Shown here: one piece after another, positions 14,275-23,499 of the stretch
Layout of the letters: each line of letters starts with the position of its first letter
Position numbering within the stretch: the stretch's first letter is position 1
Source: an uncultured Planctomycetia bacterium
GTDB lineage: Bacteria > Planctomycetota > UBA8108
Length of the DNA: 64,000 nucleotides
Direction of reading: 5' to 3'
Assembly (NCBI GenBank): GCA_964615885.1
Contig: CAZTRG010000281.1
Location: forward strand, 66,535-130,534
Program-made: the position numbers and the translations under genes
Notes under the pieces: model-generated
Told to the model about the DNA's origin: nothing
Database searches by the model: none
What the model saw: only the letters and a program-made list of their open reading frames with translations

Positions 14275-14449
14275 TACCGCCTCTGTCTTCAAGCCGTCTT
14301 CAACCGGGCCCATGAATATACCTTCCATGAAGCTCCATTGCCAGCCATGCGCGGGGCCACAGGGACCAGAGTTTTACTTCAAACCTCCCCTCCGGCATGT
14401 TATCTCCAGAAGCCTTGCTAGTTTACAGACTGAGAGAGGATCTTGAATC

Positions 14450-15568
14450 ATGAGCCCAAGTGCAGGCACTCCACTCAACCTCGCCATCTTCGGAGCCGGC
14501 CTGGTAAGCGACTACCATCACGTTCCCGGCATCCTGCTCGATCCCCGGGCCCGGGTGGCGGCTGTCTGCGATACCGATGAGGCCCTGCTGGAAAAACGCC
14601 GGAGCGACTGGGATGTCGAAAAGATAACCACCGATCCGGGGGAAATCTTTTCCGACCCGGAAATCGATGGCGTCATCATTGCTACTCCGAACTTTACACA
14701 CCCCGAGCTGGCAATCTCTGCCGCGCGCAACGGCAAGCACATCATGTGTGAAAAGCCGCTGGGGCTGAACGCCGGCCAGGTCGCGGGCATGTACGAGGCC
14801 GCAAAGACCTCGGGGGTGGTGCACATGACGGCCTTCACCTACCGCTTCGCCCCCTCGATGCGCTACCTGAAACACCTGGTTCAGAACGGCGACCTCGGGG
14901 AACCAAGACATTTCCGCAGCCAGCGCTTCCTGGACCTGCCCGAGACCAGCTGGGGCTGGAGGCAATACCGCGACAAGGGCGGCGCCGGTGATCTCTTCGA
15001 TATGACCATCCACCGCATCGACTTCGCCCAGGACCTGCTGGGGCCGGTCTCCAGGATCTGCGGCTCGGTTGCCAACTTCGCCCCCAGGACCAAAACCGCA
15101 GATGGCTCCCCTTGTGCGCCATCAGAGGTCGACGACTGGTCGGCGATTATCGGGGACTTTGAATCCGGGGCCACAGGGGTCTGGGAGGGAACCACCCTTG
15201 CCAAGGGGTACAAGCGGGATGGCTTCGGTCATGAATGGGCCGAGATCAACGGCTCGGAAGCCTCCGCCGTCTACCGGCTTCATGAACCCAACATCCTGCT
15301 GCTGGGCCGCCATGGAGGAGACCTCGAACCCCTGGAGGTCCCGCCGGAGTTTCTCAAACCGGAGGACAGCCCACGCCAGCCGGCCGACGGAGAGCCCGCC
15401 ACGGTATTTCGCTACGACCTCGCCTGGGAGTTCGTCTCAGCGATCCTCGAAGACCGGGATGCCATCCCGAGCTTCTGGGATGGCTGGAGCGCCCAGGTCA
15501 TTGCCGATGCGACCCTCGAATCGAGGGAAGAGGGCCGGTGGGTCGATATCGAGCAGCCGGACCGCTGA
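14450..15568 (+). CDS. Gfo/Idh/MocA family NAD(P)-dependent oxidoreductase
   Basis: N-terminal Rossmann motif IFGAGLVSDYHH, the conserved EKP motif (HIMCEKPLG), and a C-terminal alpha/beta domain. Confidence 0.85.
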   Translation: MSPSAGTPLNLAIFGAGLVSDYHHVPGILLDPRARVAAVCDTDEALLEKRRSDWDVEKITTDPGEIFSDPEIDGVIIATPNFTHPELAISAARNGKHIMCEKPLGLNAGQVAGMYEAAKTSGVVHMTAFTYRFAPSMRYLKHLVQNGDLGEPRHFRSQRFLDLPETSWGWRQYRDKGGAGDLFDMTIHRIDFAQDLLGPVSRICGSVANFAPRTKTADGSPCAPSEVDDWSAIIGDFESGATGVWEGTTLAKGYKRDGFGHEWAEINGSEASAVYRLHEPNILLLGRHGGDLEPLEVPPEFLKPEDSPRQPADGEPATVFRYDLAWEFVSAILEDRDAIPSFWDGWSAQVIADATLESREEGRWVDIEQPDR

Positions 15569-15573
15569 TTTCC

Positions 15574-16017
15574 TCAGCCGGCGCTGGCCGGCTGGGTGAA
15601 CTCCATCGGTATGCCGTCGGGATCAAGAAAATACACCATGCTGTTGCCGGCGTTGGGGCCACCCTCAACCGTCATCACCCTGGAGAGGAAGCGAACCCCC
15701 CGCTCCTGCAAGCGGGAGACCTCGGCCTCGATGTCATCCACCACGTAGCACAGATGCGCGCTGCCGGTATCACAGGTACGGGGCGCCGGCGACTCGCCCG
15801 ATGCGCTGAGATACTGGATGAGCTCAAGCCCCTGGGAGTAAGCACTGAGATGGATGATCCGCATCCGAACCCCCTCCAGGCCGGTGACCGTTTCAGCAAA
15901 ATTACCTTCCACGGTGCGATCGTCAAGAACCTCGAAGCCCAGGGCATCCCGGTAGAACTCGAGGGATTGCTCCATATCGCTGACGGTAAACGAAACATGG
16001 TGAACAGCTGTGATCAT
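15574..16017 (-). CDS. VOC/glyoxalase-bleomycin resistance family protein
   Basis: MITAVHHVSFTVSDMEQSLEFYRDALGFEV, two βαβββ modules. I chose the internal ATG; the ORF track extends to 16068. Confidence 0.8.
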   Translation of the reverse strand: MITAVHHVSFTVSDMEQSLEFYRDALGFEVLDDRTVEGNFAETVTGLEGVRMRIIHLSAYSQGLELIQYLSASGESPAPRTCDTGSAHLCYVVDDIEAEVSRLQERGVRFLSRVMTVEGGPNAGNSMVYFLDPDGIPMEFTQPASAG

Positions 16018-16417
16018 TCGGCCCGAAACCTCCCAAAGCGGTACCTGTTGCCTCGAAAACCGGAGCATACCTCCGGCAGACGGCTCCTGTCCACGCCGGG
16101 AATGAGCAGATTCCAGTTCAGAAACCTCTGCAGAGATCCAGGCGGGTGGAAAACAGGAAAATACCGATGAGCGTAAATCACTTCAAAATGCAGATTCAAC
16201 AGGAGTTAGCTCCACCTGAACCTTATTATCTTAAGTACAGAGCCTAACGAAATTTGATAACTGCCCGGAAAAAGTGTATAAAAAACCGTCACATTTGTTT
16301 TTGCCCTTTCAGGCGGCGAATATGGCTTCCGAGAGTACCTCTTGGCTATGCTGTGTACCCGGAAACCTGCTTTTTCTGTCTTTGAGCAGCCTTTTCCAGG
16401 CCATGGGAAGGACCTGA

Positions 16418-18604
16418 ATGGAAACCGGCAACACTCACGAACTCATTATCCAGGAAGAAAAGGGAGAGAGAACCTTTTCAATCCCTGAGGGAGAAACCCA
16501 CCTGGGGCGCGCTCGCAGCAATGGCTTGCAGCTGCGTGAAAAAAGCGTCTCCAGGGTCCATTGCCGCATTGAGCGCGATGGCGACAGGGTGGTGGTTTTT
16601 GATGCCGGAACCAGCAATGCAACCCGTCTGCGCCGGCACGGAAAAGAACGCACCAAGGGAGCCAATGGCAGAATCCTGCGAGACCAGGATGTTCTTTTCC
16701 TGGGGCGCCTGGAGATCATCTACCGCGGCTGCTCAGGACCCGGCGCAACCACCTCATCGGCTTCCCAGCAAGACGTTATTCCCACTGTACGGGGCGCCGT
16801 ACCTATTGAGAAACCACAGCCTGACCCTAATGTCCCCCAGGAGCCCTGGCAGCAGCAACCGGCTGCGCAGATGCCACCACCACAGGGCCAGCCCTACCCG
16901 GCACCGCAGAATCCAAACCAGCCTTACCCGGCTCAGCAGGATCCAAACCAGCCTTATCCGGCTCAGCAGGACCCGAACCAGCCCTACCCGGCTCAGCAGG
17001 ATCCGAACCAGCCCTACCCGGCTCAGCCTTATCCCGCTCAGCAAGGATACCCTCAGCAACAGCCCGGGCCATATCCGCCACAGTACGTCCCTCCTGCCCA
17101 GCAGCCGCCGCCGCAGCAGCAGCCGCCGCAGAATTATAACCCTCCGGCTCCCGGCGCAATGCAACCGCCGGTTACATTCAATCCAGCTCCTGCCGAACCG
17201 GAAAAACCCAAAAAGAAGAAGATCAAGAAGCGCATCAAGCCCAAGAAGAGCACCGCCAGGGTCAGCAAGGCCCCCAAGAGCGTTGCCCCGAAAAAATCAA
17301 GCGGGAGCCCCGCCGTGCCAATGGCCATCGGCGCTGTAACCCTGGTTGTACTGCTCGTCGTGGTATCCGGCGTCTTCAAGAGCATGAGGGACGACAACGA
17401 CCTCAAGCGCGTTGCCATGGAGGCTCAACAGGCAAAGGTCTCCAGCCGCCAGATGTCTGAAAGGGAAAAAGCCCTCCAGAACCAGCTGAGTGACACCAAC
17501 AGCAAGATTGAAAAATTGCAGCAGATGCTTGCCTCGCTGGAAAAATCCAACCAGGCCCTGCCGGACCGGCAACCGGCAGCCGGCGGCCAGGACACGGACC
17601 CAGCTGAGCCTGCCGATGAGCTCGCGGCTGCCCCGAGTGAGGAGGAACCGGTGCTCCCCTCCGCCGGGGGTGATGGCCAGGAGATCGCCGCAACAAGGGC
17701 TATGATTGCCGACCTGATCAAGAAACGTAACCAACTCCAGAAAGATTACGGCGGTATCTCCGGTGGGCTGGACACCTCAAAGATCGAGGCCTCCATCTCC
17801 AGGCGAACAGCGGTGATGAGCAATAGCGGCAACCGGATTCTCAACGTCGAGGACGATGAGGACACCCGTAAGACCGCTGTCGCCAAGCTTCCGCAGAAGG
17901 TGGAGTTATCGAAAAAAGATTATTCCGAGCTGGTCAAGCGGCTGAAAGAGACTGTTGGCAACTACGGATTGCCTGTCGCTTCGCCGGCCGACCTTGATCC
18001 GGATCTCACCGAGCTCCTGCGGGCCACCGGCGATGACGGAGCGAGGGGGCTGGTGGCGGTCTATCTCTACTCCAGTGAGCTTTACGCAAAGATGGAGAAG
18101 ACCACCTCCTTCCTGAAGAGGCGCATCGATGCCCTCATGAAAAATGCCTACAAGATCAATAAGGACAAGGCCCAATACAAAGCCGGTGGCGGGTCCTACG
18201 GTATGAGGCACAATCACTATCTCGAACAGCTCCAGCGCCTGCTGGAGTTGTCGGAGAAAAAGATCGAGATTAAAAAGAGTCAGAGGCGGCGCCTGGCTGC
18301 CTTCCAGCAGGCCCTTGGAGCCGGATTCCAGCGACTCACCTCGGTAGAATCTACAAAACACCTCACCAGTGTTTACTCCAAGAGCAAAGACACCGACATG
18401 AAACGCAAAATGGTGGGGTCTTTTGCAAAGGGCAATGCCCTGCAGGCGGTCCCGGCTTTGATAAAAAGCCTTTCATCTCCAGACCAGGAACTGAAAGGGC
18501 TTGTAAAATCAGCACTTGCGTCGATTACCGGGGTAAATCTCGGGGATAATAAGAAGATCTGGGAGGCCTGGTGGAAAGAAAATGGCGACCAGGCCGCAAA
18601 TTGA
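16418..18604 (+). CDS. FHA-domain membrane protein with a Pro/Gln-rich tandem-repeat linker, one TM helix, a coiled-coil and a HEAT-like C-terminus
   Basis: N-terminal FHA (THLGRARSNGLQLREKSVSRVHCRIE…VVFDAGTSNATRL). Repeats of (Q)QDPNQPYPA. TM segment AVPMAIGAVTLVVLLVVVSGVF. Coiled coil. Confidence 0.8.
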   Translation: METGNTHELIIQEEKGERTFSIPEGETHLGRARSNGLQLREKSVSRVHCRIERDGDRVVVFDAGTSNATRLRRHGKERTKGANGRILRDQDVLFLGRLEIIYRGCSGPGATTSSASQQDVIPTVRGAVPIEKPQPDPNVPQEPWQQQPAAQMPPPQGQPYPAPQNPNQPYPAQQDPNQPYPAQQDPNQPYPAQQDPNQPYPAQPYPAQQGYPQQQPGPYPPQYVPPAQQPPPQQQPPQNYNPPAPGAMQPPVTFNPAPAEPEKPKKKKIKKRIKPKKSTARVSKAPKSVAPKKSSGSPAVPMAIGAVTLVVLLVVVSGVFKSMRDDNDLKRVAMEAQQAKVSSRQMSEREKALQNQLSDTNSKIEKLQQMLASLEKSNQALPDRQPAAGGQDTDPAEPADELAAAPSEEEPVLPSAGGDGQEIAATRAMIADLIKKRNQLQKDYGGISGGLDTSKIEASISRRTAVMSNSGNRILNVEDDEDTRKTAVAKLPQKVELSKKDYSELVKRLKETVGNYGLPVASPADLDPDLTELLRATGDDGARGLVAVYLYSSELYAKMEKTTSFLKRRIDALMKNAYKINKDKAQYKAGGGSYGMRHNHYLEQLQRLLELSEKKIEIKKSQRRRLAAFQQALGAGFQRLTSVESTKHLTSVYSKSKDTDMKRKMVGSFAKGNALQAVPALIKSLSSPDQELKGLVKSALASITGVNLGDNKKIWEAWWKENGDQAAN
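16905..17040 (+). repeat. Four or more tandem copies of a 30-nt unit (gatccaaaccagccttacccggctcagcag) inside the FHA gene
   Basis: Directly visible near-identical 30-mers encoding QDPNQPYPAQ. Confidence 0.9.
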
Positions 18605-18728
18605 TATTTTCTGCTGTTTTTCTCGACACTTTAGGAATTAGGGGGTAAAGTGTTGGGGTATCCATCACTTTTTAGACCCTAACCCTTACCTGAACTTTTC
18701 AGGAACACCTTTGGAAAGGAGCTGTGAA

Positions 18729-19610
18729 ATGCTGAGAAAACTCACTGTAGCGGCCTTTGCGGTGCTGTTGACCACAGGAGCTCTCCAGGCGCAAAATGTC
18801 TCGTACAAGACATGGACCGGCGAGCAGGTCAAATCCAACGTCGACAAGATGATGTCGAAGATCAATTGGGGCACTGACCTCGATGAGCTCAAAAAGAAAG
18901 CCAAGGCACAGAAGAAAATGATCTTCTGGGTCGATATCGTCGGTGACCTCGACGGCGGATTGTGAAGTGCTGGCCACTCCCTGAGAGCCGGGACGCTCTC
19001 TAACGACAAGGTCATTGCTCAGATTAACGCCGCGTTTGTCTCCGGTTGGCAAAGCATCAAGGGCAAGAAAAGCTATGCTGGGGTTTCCAATACCCACATG
19101 CCCACCAATGCTGCCAAAAACATCAACACCTGTTCCGGTGGCCGTAACATTCAGATGTACTTCATGACGCCTGATGCTCGTGTCGTACACTGCCTGCCCG
19201 GCTTCTGGAGCGCCCAGGACTTCTACACCCAGGCTGGATTTGCCGTCAAGCTCGGTAACCTGGCCTACAACAAAAGCATCTCGAATGCTGACCGTAACGA
19301 GAAGTTCCTCGACATGCATCTGCAGAAAGCTCACGGCCACAACTACGGCCTCGTAGAAGGTGCCAAGCTGCAGGGCTTTGACGTGAAGTACGTCAAGAAC
19401 AACACTAATGACTTCACTCGCGGCAGCAAGGGCTTCGTCCAGGGCGTCAAGCTCGTCGACCAGGTCGTCCATGAACGCATGGCCGCCCGCCCCTTTGTTC
19501 CCTTCGAGAAGTTTGATGCCCGCGAGTTCACCAAGCTCGGCATCAAGCGTTACAAGTATGACTTCGGGCTTGCCGGCAAGTACGGCAGCAGCAAGTCGAA
19601 GGAGAAATAA
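18729..19610 (+). CDS. Candidate selenoprotein: secreted thioredoxin-fold (Thioredoxin_7/DUF255-like) protein with in-frame UGA (Sec) at 18963-18965
   Basis: AAGGAG RBS 8 nt before the ATG at 18729 and a signal peptide. The frame is open across the TGA (…FWVDIVGDLDGGL-U-SAGHSLRAGTLSNDKVIAQINAAFV…). The TGA sits where the first Cys of a Trx CxxC would be. A strong terminator follows the gene end at 19610. Confidence 0.55.
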
Positions 19611-19636
19611 TTCTCCGACTTCTAACCGAACGTCAA

Positions 19637-19676
19637 AGAGAGGCGGAGCTTTCGAGCTTCGCCTCTCTTTTTTTAT
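19637..19676. terminator. Rho-independent (bidirectional) terminator between convergent genes
   Basis: 13-bp stem agagaggcggagc / gcttcgcctctct with a tttcga loop, followed by tttttt. A-rich on the other side for the convergent SDR gene. Confidence 0.8.
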
Positions 19677-19695
19677 GCGCACTGCAAAGCTGCAG

Positions 19696-20466
19696 TCAGT
19701 GGGCCGTCCACCCACCGTCAACAAAGAGGGTGGCACCCGTCACATAGCTTGACGCTGCGCTGGCCAGGAAAATGGCTGCCCCCTGGATCTCGCCCATATC
19801 CCCCCACCGAGCCATCGGCACCTCTCCGAGAATAAAACGCTCGGTGTCAGGCTGGCCCACGATTGGCTCGTTCATCGGCGTGAGGAACGGCCCGGGGCAG
19901 ATCGCGTTAGCGGTGATCCCCTCCGAAGCCCACTCAAGAGCCAGCACTCGGGTCATCTGCACCACCGCTCCCTTGCTCGAAGCATAGGGGGTGCGCCCTG
20001 GAACCCCCACCACCCCCAGCGTGCTGCCCATGTTGATGACGCGCCCATAACCACCGGCCCTCATATGGGGTATCACTGCGCGCGAACAGAGCCAGGGTCC
20101 GCGAACATTGACGCTCATGACCTGCTCGAACTCTTCCAGGGACAAATCCTCAATCGGATTGCGGATGTTGATACCGGCATTGTTGATAAGAATATCAAGC
20201 CGCCCCAGTTTCGACATTGCCGAATCGATCAGGGCATCGACCTCCTCCGGATCCGTTACGTCACAACGGACACCGAGGGTCTTTCTGCCGCTCGACTCCC
20301 CCAGCAGAGCGGCCTCGTGTTCAGCCTCCTCGCCGTTTCGACTGCAGATAACAATGTCGGCGCCGGCAGATGCAAGCCCCTCCGCCATGCTGCGGCCGAG
20401 TCCCTTGGTGCCCCCTGTAACAAGTGCTACCTTCCCATCGAGCCGAAAGAGATCGATTCCAGACAT
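19696..20466 (-). CDS. SDR family oxidoreductase (FabG/KduD-like)
   Basis: TGGTKGLG Rossmann motif, NNAG, catalytic YxxxK (YASSKGAV). Confidence 0.9.
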   Translation of the reverse strand: MSGIDLFRLDGKVALVTGGTKGLGRSMAEGLASAGADIVICSRNGEEAEHEAALLGESSGRKTLGVRCDVTDPEEVDALIDSAMSKLGRLDILINNAGINIRNPIEDLSLEEFEQVMSVNVRGPWLCSRAVIPHMRAGGYGRVINMGSTLGVVGVPGRTPYASSKGAVVQMTRVLALEWASEGITANAICPGPFLTPMNEPIVGQPDTERFILGEVPMARWGDMGEIQGAAIFLASAASSYVTGATLFVDGGWTAH

Positions 20467-20573
20467 TTTTTCCTTCCTTGAAGCGAGTTAAACTGTCGTC
20501 GACAGCATAGCACGCCGGCAGAAAGGCGGGCGCAGGAGAATGTCCGGCCGCGGGCTGCAAAGGAGGCCTTGTA

Positions 20574-21464
20574 ATGAGTGACAATCTGAAACCAGCCGGA
20601 AAACTCCGGCAGCTCCTGGAGGAGCCCGGCATCATCCGGTCGATGGGAGCCCACGACGTCCTGACCGCGCTGCTCATCGAGCGTGCCGGTTTTGAGACGG
20701 TCTTCCTCGGCGGATTCGGAGCCAGCGCGAGCCTTCGCGGCCTGCCGGACCTCAACTTCCTGGACCTTGAAGAAATGGCGGCTGCCGTCAAGCGCATGGC
20801 TCAGAGAATCTCCATACCCCTCATCGCCGATGGAGATACCGGCTATGGTGGCCCGGCTGAGGTCAGCAATTGTATCCGGGCCTTTGAAGACGCCGGGGCC
20901 GCAGGCATCCTCCTTGAGGACCAGGTCTTTCCAAAGCGCTGCGGCCACTTCGATGGCAATGCGGTGATACCTGCCGGGGAGATGGTCGCCAAGATAGAGG
21001 CCGCCCTCGCGGCGCGCAGCGATGACGATTTCGTGATCTTCGCAAGAACCGATGCCCGCCAGGGCGAGGGCATTGACTCCGCAATCGAGCGGATCAACCG
21101 CTACTGCGCAGCAGGAGCCGATGTGGCCTTTGTCGAGGCCCCGCAATCAAAAGAAGAGCTCGCCCAGATCGCCTCCCGGGTTCCTTATCCTAAATTTGCC
21201 AACATGCTCTCCTTCGGAAAAACCCCCCTGCTGGAGGCCGCCGAGCTCGAAAAGATGGGCTTCAAGTTCGTGGTCGCCCCGATCGAAACCCTGCTGGTCT
21301 CTGCCAGGGCCATCGAACAGCTGGCCCGCACCTTCCTGAAAACCGGCAGCTCAGAGCCGCACAAGGACTCGATGATGAGCTTCGATGAACTCAAGGAGGT
21401 CCTGGAGCTGGAGAAATACCTCCGGCTGCGGGAAGAAGACGAGGGTGAGCCCTCCGGCGAGTGA
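20574..21464 (+). CDS. PEP mutase/isocitrate lyase superfamily enzyme (methylisocitrate lyase / carboxyvinyl-carboxyphosphonate phosphorylmutase-like)
   Basis: IPLIADGDTGYGG, EDQVFPKRCGH, FARTDA signature blocks. Confidence 0.85.
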   Translation: MSDNLKPAGKLRQLLEEPGIIRSMGAHDVLTALLIERAGFETVFLGGFGASASLRGLPDLNFLDLEEMAAAVKRMAQRISIPLIADGDTGYGGPAEVSNCIRAFEDAGAAGILLEDQVFPKRCGHFDGNAVIPAGEMVAKIEAALAARSDDDFVIFARTDARQGEGIDSAIERINRYCAAGADVAFVEAPQSKEELAQIASRVPYPKFANMLSFGKTPLLEAAELEKMGFKFVVAPIETLLVSARAIEQLARTFLKTGSSEPHKDSMMSFDELKEVLELEKYLRLREEDEGEPSGE

Positions 21465-21473
21465 GCAGGAAGC

Positions 21474-23408
21474 TCAGTCTTTCCAGCCGAGGATCCCATC
21501 GATCGTGCCAATCGCCACCGGGTGGTAACCCGGGCGCGCTCTCGAATAGATCTCTCGCGCGCGCTTCAGGCCGCCCGGGGTCTTTGCCAGCTCCCGGTAA
21601 AGTGGGCTGAGGAACTTCCGCCTTCCGACACGCTCCAGGAAACTCTCCAGCGGCGCCATCACGGGCCGGTACCCACCCGGAAGAGCCACCAGGAACCACT
21701 GGCAGAGAATTTCCGAGTTCTTCGAGGTGGTCAGGGAAAAGACCTCGTCAAGGTCGGCCAGCCTCTCAACCGGCAGCGGGGAGGGCAGGTGGCGCAGGAA
21801 ATGCAGCCATTCGTGGGTGGTCCAGCCATCGGTTTTCAAGGCGCCGGCCTCGACCCCGGCGGCAAAATAGCCCGCCGCGGCAGCAGCTTTTTCCAGCGCA
21901 GCGGAGCGAACCGCAGGCAGGTTAGCCGGAAGGCCGGGGCCATAGACCCACTCCCTGATCTGCAAGCCGGCAGCCAGGGAGCGGTCGCGGGCAAGAAGCT
22001 CACGATCGAGAAAAGAAAGGAAGCCCTCGGTGGTCATCGGCTTAAAAGCAAACCTGTCGAAATAGGATCGCAGGAAAGCATCCCAGCGCTTACGGCCAAA
22101 GGCGTTCTCAAGCATGCGCAGAAAGAGATAGCCCTTCTCATAGGCGACATCTGTCATTCCATCATCGGGATCACGGCCGGCCAGGTCGAGCTTCAGGTGC
22201 GTATCGGCAGGATGATCCTTGAGTAACTCATCGACGGTATTGCTGAGCTCATCGAGCCCCAGCCGGGCCAGCATCTCATCGTATTCCCTGCCGTAGAGGT
22301 GCTCCATGATCCTGTGCTCCAGGTAGACCGTGAAGCCCTCGTTGAGCCAGAAGTCATCCCAGGTCGCGTTGGTGACCAGGTTTCCCGACCAGGAATGCGC
22401 CAGCTCATGGGCCACCAGCGCGACCAGCGAACGGTCGCCGGCCAGGATGGTGGGAGTGGCGAAGGTGAGACGCGGATTTTCCATGCCGCCGAAAGGAAAG
22501 CTCGGCGGCAGAACAAGGATGTCGTAGCGCCCCCAGCGGTAAGGCCCGAAGAGCTCTTCACAGGCCACCATCATCTTCTCGGTGTCGGCGAACTCCCAGG
22601 CTGCACTCTCAAGGACAGAGGGCTCTGCGTAGACGCCGGAGCGCTCGCCGAGCGCCTTGAAGCCCAGCTCCCCGACCGCAAGCGCCATCAGGTAGGAAGG
22701 AACCGCCTGCGGCATCTGGAAGAAAAAACGTTTCCTCCCGCCGGGAAGATCCTCGGCAGCCTTTCCCGCCGCGGCACTCATCACCGCGGTAACCGGGCCG
22801 GGAACCTCGACCGCTGCCGAGTAGGTAAACCTCACAGCAGGGGTGTCCTGGCAGGGGATCCAGGTTCGCGCCAGGATCGCCTGGGACTGGGTAAAGAGAA
22901 AGGGCTGCTTGCGGCCGGCGGTCTGCCGGGGCTCCAGCCACTGCAGCGCATCGGCCTCCCCGGTGGTCTCGTAGCTAATGAGGACCTCTTCGGTCCCAGG
23001 CCCGATGCGCACGACCAGGGGCTGGCCGAGCAGGGGTCTCTCCTCGCCCAGCTCAAAGCTCGCCTCCCTGATGCCGCCGCTCTCAAGAAGCTGGACCCGC
23101 CGGATCGTCAGCCCCCTGGTGTCGAGGCGGAGCTCCCGGGCACCGGAGAGATTGCGGATCTTCCAGGAGGCCTCTGCCCCTATGGTCCTGCTGTCAAAGT
23201 CGACATCCAGCAGCAGGGTGAGATGAGTAACGACCACCTCTGCCGGATTCGAAAAGGAATGGGGGTCCTTGATAGCCAGGAAGCCCCCACCCGCCTGGCG
23301 GCCGGCGCACCCGGAGACTGCGGCAAGAAGCAGGAGAACGGGCAGCAACCCTGCCGCAGGACATCGAGCCTGCCTTTTCGGACAAAGGCCGGTTTGCATA
23401 TTTTCCAT
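21474..23408 (-). CDS. M1 family zinc aminopeptidase (aminopeptidase N / LTA4 hydrolase-like), secreted
   Basis: GGMENP (GxMEN) and HELAHSWSGN…E zinc-binding motifs. N-terminal signal peptide. Confidence 0.9.
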   Translation of the reverse strand: MENMQTGLCPKRQARCPAAGLLPVLLLLAAVSGCAGRQAGGGFLAIKDPHSFSNPAEVVVTHLTLLLDVDFDSRTIGAEASWKIRNLSGARELRLDTRGLTIRRVQLLESGGIREASFELGEERPLLGQPLVVRIGPGTEEVLISYETTGEADALQWLEPRQTAGRKQPFLFTQSQAILARTWIPCQDTPAVRFTYSAAVEVPGPVTAVMSAAAGKAAEDLPGGRKRFFFQMPQAVPSYLMALAVGELGFKALGERSGVYAEPSVLESAAWEFADTEKMMVACEELFGPYRWGRYDILVLPPSFPFGGMENPRLTFATPTILAGDRSLVALVAHELAHSWSGNLVTNATWDDFWLNEGFTVYLEHRIMEHLYGREYDEMLARLGLDELSNTVDELLKDHPADTHLKLDLAGRDPDDGMTDVAYEKGYLFLRMLENAFGRKRWDAFLRSYFDRFAFKPMTTEGFLSFLDRELLARDRSLAAGLQIREWVYGPGLPANLPAVRSAALEKAAAAAGYFAAGVEAGALKTDGWTTHEWLHFLRHLPSPLPVERLADLDEVFSLTTSKNSEILCQWFLVALPGGYRPVMAPLESFLERVGRRKFLSPLYRELAKTPGGLKRAREIYSRARPGYHPVAIGTIDGILGWKD

Positions 23409-23499
23409 TTCTCCACCTCAAGCTTCATTTAGTTCGCCAGGCGAACCACACTATACTTTAAGCACAGCAGAAGACCAACGCGTACACGGGAAGCACCAG

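Noticed and set aside
18711-18965. Treating 18711-18965 and 19098-19610 as two independent small genes
   Set aside because: The thioredoxin-fold alignment spans the TGA. The 44 codons after it are stop-free. The second ORF lacks an RBS, while a strong RBS precedes the ATG at 18729. A single Sec-containing gene explains the data better, and it is reported as a candidate.
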